DNA of 26,243 bases, taken from positions 1 through 26,243 of the forward strand of contig NW_021836064.1 in assembly GCF_006345805.1 (NCBI RefSeq). Direction: 5' to 3'. A program made the translations under genes and the position numbers. This document shows positions 1 through 10,282 of this stretch, one piece after another. Source of the stretch: Octopus sinensis (taxonomy: Eukaryota). The notes beneath the pieces are model-generated. The model ran no database searches, had not been told where the DNA came from, and saw only the letters and a list, made by a program, of their open reading frames with translations. Numbering within the stretch: the first letter of the stretch is position 1; each line of letters starts with the position of its first letter.

Positions 1-129
1 GTCAATAGTCAGCTAGGGGTCTTAAGAAATTGTTCCTTCCCATTTGTAGAGAAATTCATTTATCTTCTTCTATTTGTAGATGAGTAGATGATGTCATGTT
101 TGGAGACAAATGCATCGAGAGAAATTACT

Positions 130-336
130 GCACACACACAAACACACATCTGTATATAACAATATATGTATACATATATATACACAAACATATATGTATG
201 TATATGTATTCATATATACATTCATATATATATATATATATATATATATTGTATATATATATTATATATTATATATATATATATACACGCATATACATAT
301 ATATGTTTATATACGTCTATATATACATGCATATAT

Positions 337-368
<32 letters not shown>

Positions 369-369
369 C

Positions 370-413
<44 letters not shown>

Positions 414-682
414 GGAGAGAGAGAGCTAGATAGATAGATACATAGATAGATATACATATGTGTGTTTGTGTTTGTATGTATATTTAGAGAGAGAAATAAT
501 ACACACACATGTGCACACGCTCACACTCACACACACGTAGGCACACACACACACGAGCCCACACTCAGAGAAACAGTGCCTATGTGTGTGTGAGTATATA
601 TATTTATATATACACACACACACACCCGCACACACACCCGCGCACACACACACACACGCACGTACACACACACGCACACATG

Positions 683-713
<31 letters not shown>

Positions 714-722
714 TTGTACATA
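130..722. repeat. Compound microsatellite (CA)n/(TA)n/(GA)n/(TAGA)n
   Basis: Directly visible di- and tetranucleotide runs; they produce the YI/HT-rich ORFs. Confidence 0.95.
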
Positions 723-889
723 CATATTTTAAACAGATCCTGCGACGAAACTGCAGTACCGCAGATGACGCCTAGTAGCCGTAAGTGGTAAAGGTGCTCT
801 GAATGCACTCTACCAGGGACATATCTAAAACAATATTTGGATACTGCATTTTAAAGTCTCCTATCTAAACCGTAATTTTAAATAAAACC

Positions 890-963
890 TACACACACAC
901 GCACGCCCCACCACAAACACACATGTATGTATGTATGTATGTATGTATGCATATATATATATA

Positions 964-1014
<51 letters not shown>

Positions 1015-1015
1015 A
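890..1015. repeat. Microsatellite (CA)n/(TATG)n/(TA)n
   Basis: Directly visible. Confidence 0.9.
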
Positions 1016-1232
1016 GGCGGCAAGCTGGCAGAATCGTTAGCACGCCGGGCGAAGTTCGTCTGCCGTTACGTTCTGAGGTCAAATTCCGCCGAGGTCGACT
1101 TTGCTTTTCTTCCTTTCGGGGTCGAAAAATTAAGTACCAGTTACGCACTGGGGCCGATGTACGCACTGGGGTCGATGTAATCGGCTCAATCCGTTTGTCC
1201 CCTCTGTGTTTAGCTCTTTGTGGGTAGTAAAG

Positions 1233-1237
<5 letters not shown>
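1016..1237 (+). mobile_element. tRNA-derived SINE, family B (B1-type 3' end), monomer
   Basis: Head ggcggcaagctggcagaatcgttagc, B-box-like gaggtcaaattcc, core gtcgactttgc...ggggtcga, end gggtagtaaagaaata running into (TA)n. Internal 18-bp duplication at 1142-1177. Homologous to units at 10283-11395. Confidence 0.9.
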
Positions 1238-1272
<35 letters not shown>

Positions 1273-1276
1273 TCAT

Positions 1277-1310
<34 letters not shown>
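1238..1310. repeat. (TA)n-(CA)n microsatellite
   Basis: Directly visible. Confidence 0.9.
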
Positions 1311-1313
<3 letters not shown>

Positions 1314-1404
1314 GTAGTTCTCACTGGTGTGATCGAGCCAGAAGCAGTTTGTCTGTGTCTTTGTGTCTAGGTCAGCCTTTCTCTGCACTGCTTGTCAACA
1401 GGTG

Positions 1405-1570
1405 TTGTTAAACTTACGTTACTGTAAATTAGCGGTTTGTTGAAAGGGCCGTTAGGAAACGTACAAGATTTAAAGGAACGTATGTATTGTGGTCAATCTG
1501 TTCGACTAAATTCTTTCTGGGCATGCAGCATGACTGCAGTGTTATGACTGAAGCAACTAAATGAAAAGGA
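1405..1570 (+). mobile_element. Degenerate SINE-A 3' half
   Basis: Patchy match to the SINE-A 3' region (ttagcggtttg, tgttcgactaaa, cagcatgactgcagt...gactgaa). Confidence 0.5.
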
Positions 1571-1741
1571 GAGAGATAAACCTCTTAATAACTCGGTTTA
1601 ATCCAGAGAAAGAGAGCCGAATTTACTGCACCATCTTTATGTAACTACACACAGGTTGCATACCTATGATTTTTGCACATATCAACTGCAAATTATGATT
1701 ATTACTGAACTCTTGGTTTCCTGAATTAGTTGTCGAGTTAA

Positions 1742-2063
1742 AGACTCCGCCGGTTACGACGACGAGGGTCCCAGCTGATACGATCAACGGAACAGCTTGC
1801 TCGTGAAATTAACGTGCAAATGGCTGAGCATTCCACAGACACGTGTACCCTTAACGTAGTTCTCGGGGATAATCAGCGTGACACGGAGAGTGACAAGGCT
1901 GACCCTTTGAAATACAAGTACAACTCATTTTTGCCAGCTGAGTGGACTGGAGCAACGTGAAATAAAGTGTCTTGCTCAAGGACACAACGCGTCGCCGGGA
2001 ATCGAACTCACAACCTTACGATCATGAGCCGAATGCCCTAACCACTAAGCCACGCGCCCTCAC
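1742..2063 (-). mobile_element. Full-length tRNA-derived SINE, family D (CORE-like domain)
   Basis: On the minus strand: A box TGGCTTAGTGG, B box GAGTTCGATTCC, then tgtgtccttgagcaagacactt, which resembles the CORE/MIR domain. Flanked by 14-bp TSD agttgtcgagttaa (1728-1741, 2064-2077). Confidence 0.9.
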
Positions 2064-2344
2064 AGTTGTCGAGTTAAGACATTACTCATTCACTTAGTAT
2101 ATATATTTGTTCGCGTTTATTATGTATTTATTATGCTCCATATACATATACGTACACACATATATGTAAGTATGTATGTATGTATGTATGTATAATCAAA
2201 ATAAGCAACAGGTTATCATGTAGTGATGCAGTACGATCGTTTCAAGCGACTGCATTTAATTGAAAAATGCAATCATTACATCAATTTAAATACAGTGCCA
2301 TTATCAGCTGCAGAAATAAATAGAATTTTAACCAGAAGGACACA

Positions 2345-2345
2345 T

Positions 2346-2376
<31 letters not shown>

Positions 2377-2591
2377 ATTTTGGATAGTCTTGACACTTGG
2401 TATAAATATTTATTTTCGAGATATTAATATTAATTTTAATGATTATTTTATCCATCCATCCATACATACATATATACACACACATACATACATACATACA
2501 TACATACATACATACATACATACATACATACATACATACACTATTCTATATATATATATTATATATATATATATATATATATTATTATATA

Positions 2592-2649
<58 letters not shown>

Positions 2650-2655
2650 TATATA

Positions 2656-2703
<48 letters not shown>
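2345..2703. repeat. (TA)n/(CATA)n microsatellite
   Basis: Directly visible. Confidence 0.95.
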
Positions 2704-2779
2704 CAACAATAATTGCAGCGCGGAAGGTGTTTAAAAGCCATTTAAAAACAGCGTAGGTACAGACGGACAGTCTGACTGA

Positions 2780-3973
2780 CATAAGTGAAAGTATATCGAT
2801 CTCCGACCACAGACGCCATATGTAATCTGTTGTCCAATGAACTGAACTACCAGATCATAGGCTTTGTCCGTAAGTGGCTGCGTATTCCGCAGGCTTGTGT
2901 ACTCTTAATATAATCTCCCTGCAGAATCAGTGTGACATTCTTTGTGACAAAGCAAGATTTTAAAATTAAAGTAAAATTCATCCTAGTGGCATCTGCATAT
3001 TTCCTCCAACTCATGTTTACTCACAAATGTATAAAATACAATGACCAGCGTCCAGCAACAGTGAAAAAATTCATTTGCCTGCGCATAACGTAAATTATGC
3101 AGGAGATATGAGCCTTTTGCATAGAGTCTGGTTCATTCCATTCTATATGAGCATAAAGAGAAATTAAAATGGTAGTAAGACATAAATATATGATATACAC
3201 GAAGTGTGTGAACATTAAGTTTGTGGTACTTGACTCGTTGGAGAATGTCTAGAAATTAAGGAAGGCATAGAAAGCAACTTGGTACAAATAAAATTCCTGG
3301 ATATACAATTCCCGTGCGCTCTAATTTCAATAAATAAGCATTCTTATAGAAAACATAAATGTATCGCTTGTAGGCATTACAGAGAATGCATTCAATACCA
3401 AAAGTTCTTATTTAGAAGAGCATTTAGTCTCTCCTACACAAACAATGTTCTTCATAAAGAAATCTACAGAACAAACTAAACCAAACTCTAATCAATAATG
3501 GTTATTCTAACAAACTAATACACCAAACTATAGAACAATCCAAATAGAAATATAGAGCAACAAACATGCAACACAATATCTATTTAAAGCACACAAACTA
3601 CACATAAAATGTATTATATAAACCTAATGCGTACTAACTATAAAATAGATCAACACATGGAAAGCCTCGTAAAAAGCAACATAAAGTGCATTACGCCAAA
3701 CTATAAACTAACATTAATAATCTACAACAATACAAACCGCTGAAGTTTAAAACTTTATCGATAACAAACCACGAGCGTATAAACCCGCAAGTGATCTACT
3801 AATGCCCAGCATGGTTTATAAATTCGATTGTAAACATGAAACTTGAGGACTTCATGACACCCACTGTCATATTTGTCCATATACGCGCGAAAATCCTTCG
3901 CTGGATCATTATTGGGCGTACAGTTCAGGGCGATTGTAATGCACCTATACAAGATTGTAATGCACCTGTACTA
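2780..3973 (+). mobile_element. Heavily decayed Penelope-like retroelement (RT thumb plus GIY-YIG remnants)
   Basis: Frameshifted plus-strand pieces in the expected order: ICNLLSNELNYQII; M(x10)FYM (AMGSPL..ANFYM-like); YTKCVNIKFVV (YVDD-like); IKFLDI; RRAFSLS..LHKEI; NQTLINNGYSNKLI; MVYKFDC. The 3280-3560 and 3810-3840 matches are convincing; the upstream ones are weak. It probably continues past the SINE-C insertion (about 4284-4450). Confidence 0.6.
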
Positions 3974-4283
3974 GGCACACGGCCTAGTGGTTTTGAGCAG
4001 CGGACTCGCGGTCGAGGGATCGCGGGTTCGAATCTCAGACCGGGCGATGTGTGTGTTTATGAGCCAAAACACCTAAGCTCCACGCGGCTCCGGCAGAAAG
4101 GTAATGGCGAACTTCTGCTGACTCTTTCGCCACAACTTTCTCTCATTATTTCCTCCTGCATCTAGCAGCTCACCTGTGATGGACTGGCGTCCCATCCAGG
4201 TGGGGAACCTATACGCCAACAAAACCGGGAAACCGGCCCTTATGAGCCAGGCATGGCTCGAGAAGGAAGAAACAACAAAGAAA
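3974..4283 (+). mobile_element. tRNA-derived SINE, family C
   Basis: A box ggcctagtgg, B box ggttcgaatc, 3' domain cctgtgatggactggcgtcccatccagg...gaaaccgg...atgagcc, A/C-rich tail. Close homolog at 18005-18320. Confidence 0.9.
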
Positions 4284-4589
4284 CCATTACAAGACATCTA
4301 AAAGAAATCTTGCCATGGCAAAAAAAAACAACCCAAATATCGCCAGCAATACATACAGAATCTCTTCAAAAAATAGATGATTAATCACAAAAATAATGAG
4401 CATGGCATTGTTTAATGTTAAAATAATCTCACAAATGACATACATTAATCATTTACAAAAATATAAACCTGAGTGGTGACGATTGAAATTCAAATTCCAG
4501 TGGTAATATCTGCACCAATTATATTATTTTGACTTCAATAAACAGAGACTACGCTCGCGAATATTAAGAAAAAAAATATCGAACCTTTT

Positions 4590-4720
4590 TATTGACTTGG
4601 TACTTTTATTAGCTACTCCTAAAGAAGAAACAGCGAATTTGTTCTTCGGCGAGACTTGAATCAGAGCTCATAAATCTAGAACAAATACTGCAAAACATTC
4701 TATACGAGCTCCTAATATAC
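4590..4720 (-). mobile_element. Very degenerate SINE-B-like remnant
   Basis: Weak similarity (ttggtacttttatt...cttcggcgagacttgaa...aaatactgc...cattct). Confidence 0.3.
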
Positions 4721-4844
4721 TATTCAATACTAAACACATGTAAACTCTAATAAAGTCTACAATATTACATATACACCATGTTGTGTCAACAGTTTTATTA
4801 GATTTTCACCGATGATTTTTTTTTTGGCAAATTGTATCTCTATG

Positions 4845-5214
4845 TTACTCTTCTACTTGTTTCAGTCATTTGACTGTGACCATGCTGGAGCACCGCCTTT
4901 TAGTCGAGTAAATCGACCACAGAACTTATTCTTTGTAAGCCTAGTACTTATTCTATCGGTCTCTTTTGTCGAACCGCTAAGTTACGGGGACGTAAACACA
5001 CCAGTATCAGTTGTCAAGCGATGTTGGGGGGGGGGAGGACAAACACACACACACACACACACACACACCTAACCACACACACACACAAACACCACACACA
5101 CACACACACATACAGTTTCCGTCTACCAAATCCATTCACAAGGCTTTGGTCGGCCCGAAGCCGTAGTAGAAGACACTTGCCCAAGCTACTTACCACACAG
5201 CCACTCCTACGCCT
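4845..5214 (-). mobile_element. SINE family A, near full length (deletion in the head)
   Basis: Reverse-complement match to copies at 8869-9245 and 23809-24210, including the internal (CA)n tract. Confidence 0.92.
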
Positions 5215-5294
5215 ATGATTAATTTCATAGAACTTGTCCAATCATTGTTGGGTTGTTTATTCTTTATTTTCATAAATAATTCTTCTTCTTCTTT

Positions 5295-6320
5295 ATGTTA
5301 CAACTTGGATAATCAGTGATACAAAAAAAATGCAATTCGAGTCAGTTTACGGTTCCTGTGTTGACAATGATTGAGTGCAAGAACAGCAGGAAAAGAAACT
5401 AAAGATGTGGAAGACCCAGGAAATGTTATCAAATGAGTGGTAACTCCAGCCTCGAAGACAAACCAAAACCAGTGAGAGCCTCCATCGCGGAAGACGTGGC
5501 CTTGCTTGAAATGGTTGAACAAAGTTAAGCAGAAGCACTCGTGCACTGTCGGTAGGAGGTGGTCCTTCACAAAGAACCACCAATTCACACCTCCATAATC
5601 TCGGCCTTATGAACAGACGTTATCGAGAAGTTCCTCTTGACCTGACCTGACCAATGACCAACCTTAACAACGTCGGAACATTTGTAAACAACTGCTGGTA
5701 AATCCTTGAGAAGCTCATTATTGGCGTCGAATTGTAACTGGGGCTGAAAAATGGATCTACTTTGGTAATCCTAATAAGAGAGGTCAGTATCTCGTTCCAG
5801 CCAGGGTTCAGAATCCGCTGGCAAACAAAAGCGCTTGAACAGAAGGTCATGCTGTGTGATTGGTGGAATTTCGAGGAAGTATTGCACATTGAGATTGTTT
5901 CAAATGGTCATGCTGTGAACACTAACCTTTATGATTAACAAATGCAGCGAGTATATGCTGATTTCAAAACCCGCTTCTCAACGTTGCCCAGTCAAAGACA
6001 TGCACTGCTACGGCATGAAGTTTCCACAGCACACGCTGCCGATGTAACTATGCGCAAACTTTGGTAACTTAAGGAGCTGGAACTGCTGCCTTACCTTACC
6101 CTGCCTACAGTTCAGACCTGGCACCACCAGATTACCACCTTTTCCCAGTCAGGGCTCATTTCCTATATGGACGGAGGTTCAACGATATGGATAAGGCCTA
6201 AAACGGGTGCAATGAATTTTTGCCTAAAAACCAACCAAATGATATAAGCGTTGAATTGAGTTTCTGGCACAATTATGGTAACAAACAATAGAAAATGATA
6301 GGATATATTTTGTTGAATAA
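5295..6320 (+). pseudogene. Decayed mariner transposase
   Basis: Frameshifted translation: SLEDKPKP..., EVPLDLT, WRRIVTGAEKWIYF (RIVTGDEKW-like; 5722-5760), QKVMLCDWWNFE, PAYSSDLAPPDYHLF (YSPDLAP motif; about 6100-6145), terminal TAA at 6318-6320. Many stops; first catalytic D changed to A. Confidence 0.92.
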
Positions 6321-6338
6321 ACGTTTTCCGTAGTTATC

Positions 6339-6490
6339 AGTAGTTTGCGATGAAAACACAGGGTTCTGAGTTCAATCTCAGTGTATGGTACCTTGGGCGA
6401 GTGTCTTCTGTTATAGCTCTGGATCGATCGTAGCTATGTGAGTGAATTTGGAAGATGGACACTAAAATAATCCCGTCTTATATATATATA
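6339..6490 (+). mobile_element. SINE-A 5' half (degenerate)
   Basis: gggttctgagttcaatctc...accttgggcgagtgtcttc...gtgaatttggaagatgga...cccgtc then (TA)n. Confidence 0.75.
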
Positions 6491-6494
6491 GGAA

Positions 6495-6790
6495 TAAAAA
6501 TTTATATATAAAGAGACGAACACAGAAAACAGACAAGTCATTCGAAGCCTTTAATCTTCAGACAGAAACCGGATCATCATAGCAAATTTCGGCTGATTAA
6601 TTCTGATATTTGCTCCAAAACGGCCAGCCCCAAGGAAAAACTAAGCTGTGAGCATTAGATTTCTTGGTAAAAGGAACGAATGTAAACGCAACAGAGATGA
6701 ATATAAATACAAAAAACGAAAACAAAATTGAAAACAAGAATGGTTAACAGCAGGTGTCTTACGACTTTAGACAAATTGAGACAAAAATAT
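6495..6790 (-). mobile_element. Probable Penelope-like terminal/pLTR remnant
   Basis: Contains a degenerate hammerhead-like minus-strand segment ctgtctgaagattaaaggcttcgaa (6541-6565) and an A-rich tract similar to 18860-18930. Assignment is inference. Confidence 0.35.
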
Positions 6791-6914
6791 ATACACGCAC
6801 ACACACATGTATATATGTATATGTATGTATGTACTTCGCACATGCACACACACACACACATACACACATACACACAAACACACGCATGCACACAAATACA
6901 CACACGTTTATATA

Positions 6915-7148
6915 TTGGGTTGGTGCATAATTATTGCGGTTTGTTTTTCAAATTTTATTCAACAAAAGCAACAACAACATGTAACAAAAACATCTTTAAA
7001 TGATTATTCCGGAGTATATTCACCATCTACTTCAACTATTGCTTCCCATTTGCCTGGCAGACGGTCAGACCGTCATTTACAGATGATTTTGTTAAATATT
7101 GTTATTGTTTTTGTTGAATAAAATTTATTGAACAAAAAAAAGCCGCAG
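6915..7148 (-). mobile_element. Non-autonomous mariner MITE
   Basis: TA followed by ttgggttggtgcataattattgcgg (Hsmar1/MADE1-like TIR). Long inverted repeats at about 6935-6995 and 7085-7148. Interior encodes the transposase C-terminus DRLPGKWEAIVEVDGEYTPE* on the minus strand. Confidence 0.8.
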
Positions 7149-7149
7149 T

Positions 7150-7405
7150 ACGTGTGTGTGTGTGTGTGTGTCTGTGTGTCTGTGTGCGTGCGTGCGTGCG
7201 TTTTTGTGTTTGTGTTTGATGTACCCCACACCGCTTGACAGCCGTTATTGGTTTGTTTATGTCCACATAACTTAGCAGTTCGGCGAAAGAACCCGACAGA
7301 ATAAAAAACCACGGTTAAAAACAAAAATAAATTCAGCGGGTGGGATTTGTTCGACTAAATCCTCTCAAAATGGATGCCCCAGGATGACAGCAGTTTAAAA
7401 TAATA
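7150..7405 (+). mobile_element. SINE-A 3' half (degenerate)
   Basis: (TG)n then caccgcttgacagccg...cataacttagcagttcggcgaaag...gatttgttcgactaaa. Confidence 0.8.
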
Positions 7406-8059
7406 GATAATCGATGAAACTCACCAGTGACATCTGCCGTCAATATTATTTGGCTACATTAATCGTAATACACAAGAAAAAAAAAAAAAAACGGAAAAAG
7501 AAAATCAAAGTAGAATAATATTTTACTGTATTTTATTATTCACAACTTTCTTTACATTTAAAATATTATTTAAAAATTCTTTTTTACGAATCTTAAAATT
7601 TTATTTTATTATTTTTTTCCTTTTTTCTATCCTTCTTTTCATGTGGTTTACATAAGTTTCAATGTTTTATGGGTGAAGAAATGGATGCAAATAGTTAAAC
7701 AGAGTTATGTAAAAGAACAGCTGGTATAATAGATTTACTCTGTATGGCATAAAGAAGTAAACTTTTGGTCGGGCGTTAAACATTTTAACTGATAAACATA
7801 AAATGTTAAATGCGACCTGTGCACACACCAACAAAAGCAAAAATTATGTAACAGACGGGAAGTATAAACTTGTTACATATTTCCATTGTAAATCAATGCA
7901 ATGATTTCAGACAAAGCCTTCTCGACACTAAGAAACGAATTTGGGTGGAGATAAAGTCGATTATATTGACCACCTATCGGGGTAAAATGTAAACACAAAT
8001 CGACCACTGTGTGTCGTACGGGTACGTAACCACAGACAATGTGGTGTTTTGACCCCGTT

Positions 8060-8190
8060 CTCTCCTATGTCTCTTTCTCTGTCCCTCTGTCTGTTAGTCT
8101 ACCAGTCCGCCTGTCTGCCTGCCTGCGTGTCTGTTTCTCTCTCTCTCTCTCGCCTCCTATCTTTCTCTCTATCTCTCTCTCTTTCTCGAA
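8060..8190. repeat. (CT)n/(CTGT)n low-complexity tract
   Basis: Directly visible. Confidence 0.8.
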
Positions 8191-8334
8191 TTCTTTTTTT
8201 AACTACCGCCATTAAATTTCTAATTAATATGAATATTGCCTATTGAATAGGTGCTAATTCCAACGCCGATTGATTGGTATCCATCCCATTATAAAGAGTT
8301 TGGGAATTGTAATTTCATTTTCTTTATTGAGATA

Positions 8335-8500
8335 GTTCACTGGCAGAATCGTTAGCTCGTCAGACAAAATATTTAGCGGCATTTTTTGACGTTTTACATT
8401 CTGAGTTCAAATCCCACCGACACAGTTCAAATCAACTGCATCTTTCCTCCTCTTCAGGATCGATAAAATAAAGTACTCCATCAAAATTGGTGGCCTTGGA
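8335..8500 (+). mobile_element. SINE-B, degenerate
   Basis: ctggcagaatcgttagc...ctgagttcaaatccc...gatcgataaaataaagtac...aaaattggtggccttg. Confidence 0.75.
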
Positions 8501-8580
8501 AATGCTTAGTTCTAGGTCACTTATAATCTATGGAAACAGAATAACGAAATTTATGAGTTCTGGTGTTCAACAAAAACAAA

Positions 8581-8797
8581 ATAATCCTCTCTACTATAGC
8601 CGCAAGGCCTAAAATTTGCGGGGAGGGGGTAAGTTGATTACTTCGACCCCAGTGCGTAACTGGTATTTATTTAATCGACACCGAAAGGATGAAGGGCAAA
8701 GTCGACCTCGGTGGAATTTGAACTCAGAACGAAAAGACGTTCGAAACGCTGCTAAGCATTCTGCCCGACGTGCAAACGACTCTGCCAACTCATTGCT
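8581..8797 (-). mobile_element. SINE-B with B2-type 3' end
   Basis: Reverse complement of the head, B box and core; B2 tail (caaggcctaaaattt on the plus strand). Confidence 0.85.
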
Positions 8798-8868
8798 TTA
8801 TTGGACATTTTTTGTATAAGTGGAAATAGCTGAATAATTTTATGAGTCACAATTACTTTGAAAATCAT

Positions 8869-9245
8869 GTGGCTGTGTGGTAAATAGCTTGCTTACCAAC
8901 CACATGGTTTCGGGCTCAGTCCCACTGCGTGGCACCTTGGGCAAGTGTCTTTTTCTATAGCCTCAGGCCGACCAAAGCCTTGTGAGTGGATTTGGTAGAC
9001 GGAAACTGAAAGAAGCCCGTCGTATATATGTATATGTGTGTGTGTGTTTGTGTGTTTGTGTTTGTCCCCCGCAACATCGCTTGACAACCGATGCTGGTGT
9101 ATTTACGTCCCCGTAACTTAGCGGTTCGGCAAAAGAGACCGATAGGCTTACAAAGAATAAGTCCTGGGGTCGATTTGCTCGACTAAAGGTGGTGCTCCAG
9201 CATGGCCACAGTCAAATGACTGAAACAAGTAAGAGAAAAAGAGAA
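8869..9245 (+). mobile_element. SINE family A, near full length
   Basis: gtggctgtgtggtaa head, accttgggcaagtgtc, internal (TA)(TG) tract, 3' ggtgctccagcatggccacagtcaaatgactgaaac. Confidence 0.93.
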
Positions 9246-9254
9246 AAAAACATC

Positions 9255-10282
9255 ACCTGTGACACACTCAAGTGTCTGAGTCTAATACTTTGAAACAATA
9301 AGAAGGCTATTAAGTCCCCTAAAGTGTCTGAAGCTATGAAACAATAAGGCGAATAACTCGCTCAAGCATCTTAAGCTGTGAAACAATAAGGCGAACGACT
9401 CACTAAATTTTTTGAGTCTTTGAAATAATAAGAAGGCGAGTGACTCACTCAAGCGTCTGAAGCTGTGAAACAATAAGGCGAACGACTCACTAAATTTTTT
9501 GAGTCTTTGAAATAATAAGAAGGCGAGTGACTCACTCAAGCGTCTGAAGCTGTGAAACAATAAGGCGAGCGACTCACTAAATTTTTTGAGTCTTTGAAAT
9601 AATAAGAAGGCGAGTGACTCACTCAAGCGTCTGAAGCTTTGAAACAATAAGGCGAACGACTCACTAAATTTTTTGAGTCTTTGAAATAATAAGAAGGCGA
9701 GTGACTCACTCAAGCGTCTGAAGCTGTGAAACAATAAGGCGAGCGACTCACTAAATTTTTTGAGTCTTTGAAATAATAAGAAGGCGAGTGACTCACTGAA
9801 GCGTCTGAAGCTGTGAAACAATAAGGCGAGGAACGCATTAAAGTTTCCGAATCATTGAATCAAGGAGAGGGCAAGTAACGCATTCAAGTGTCTGAAGCTT
9901 TGAAAGAGTATGAATGTGAGTAACTCACGGAGTAATCTGAAGTTTTGCAGCAATAAGACGGCGAGTAACTTACTAAAGTCTCTGAAGGTTTGAAACTATA
10001 AGAAGGGGTGTTGTTTACTGAAGTGTTTGTAGCTTTGAAAGAACAAGATGGAGCGGAACTCAATGAAGTATTTGAAGCCTTGAAACAATAAGAAGTCGAG
10101 TAACTCACTCAAGTGTCTGGAGCTATGAAACAACTTACTGAAGTGTCTGAATCTTTATAACAATGAGAAGGCGTGTAACTCACTAAAGAGTATGAAGCTT
10201 TGAAACGTTAAGAAGGTGAGTAATTTACTTAAGTTTATGAAGCGTTGAGACAATAAGAAGGCGAGTAACTCATTCAAGTTTC
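9255..10282. repeat. 45-bp minisatellite with an 87-bp (45+42) higher-order repeat
   Basis: Consensus GAAGCTTTGAAACAATAAGAAGGCGAGTAACTCACTCAAGTGTCT. About five near-identical 87-bp units at roughly 9380-9830; diverged monomers on either side. Confidence 0.95.

Noticed and set aside
1142-1177. 18-bp tandem duplication inside SINE-B
   Set aside because: Ordinary slippage in a single copy; absent from other copies.
1990-2063. tRNA genes at SINE heads (also 3974-4040, 17775-17839, 18250-18320)
   Set aside because: A and B boxes are present, but acceptor and anticodon stems are imperfect and each continues into a SINE body and tail, most with TSDs.
3025-3142. Minus-strand exon candidate (ctcatatag|WNEPDSMQKAH...YFIH|gtgagt); an alternative frame gave an M1-aminopeptidase-like YAKGSYLLHNLR
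   Set aside because: The next acceptor (near 2919) leads to stops in all frames, the peptidase-like frame has a stop just upstream, and the plus strand fits a Penelope RT motif in the right order. Not fully excluded without RNA data.
9282-9821. 179-aa repetitive ORF as a real protein
   Set aside because: It starts at TTG, is confined to a recently homogenised tandem repeat, and substitutions among diverged monomers are spread about evenly over codon positions.
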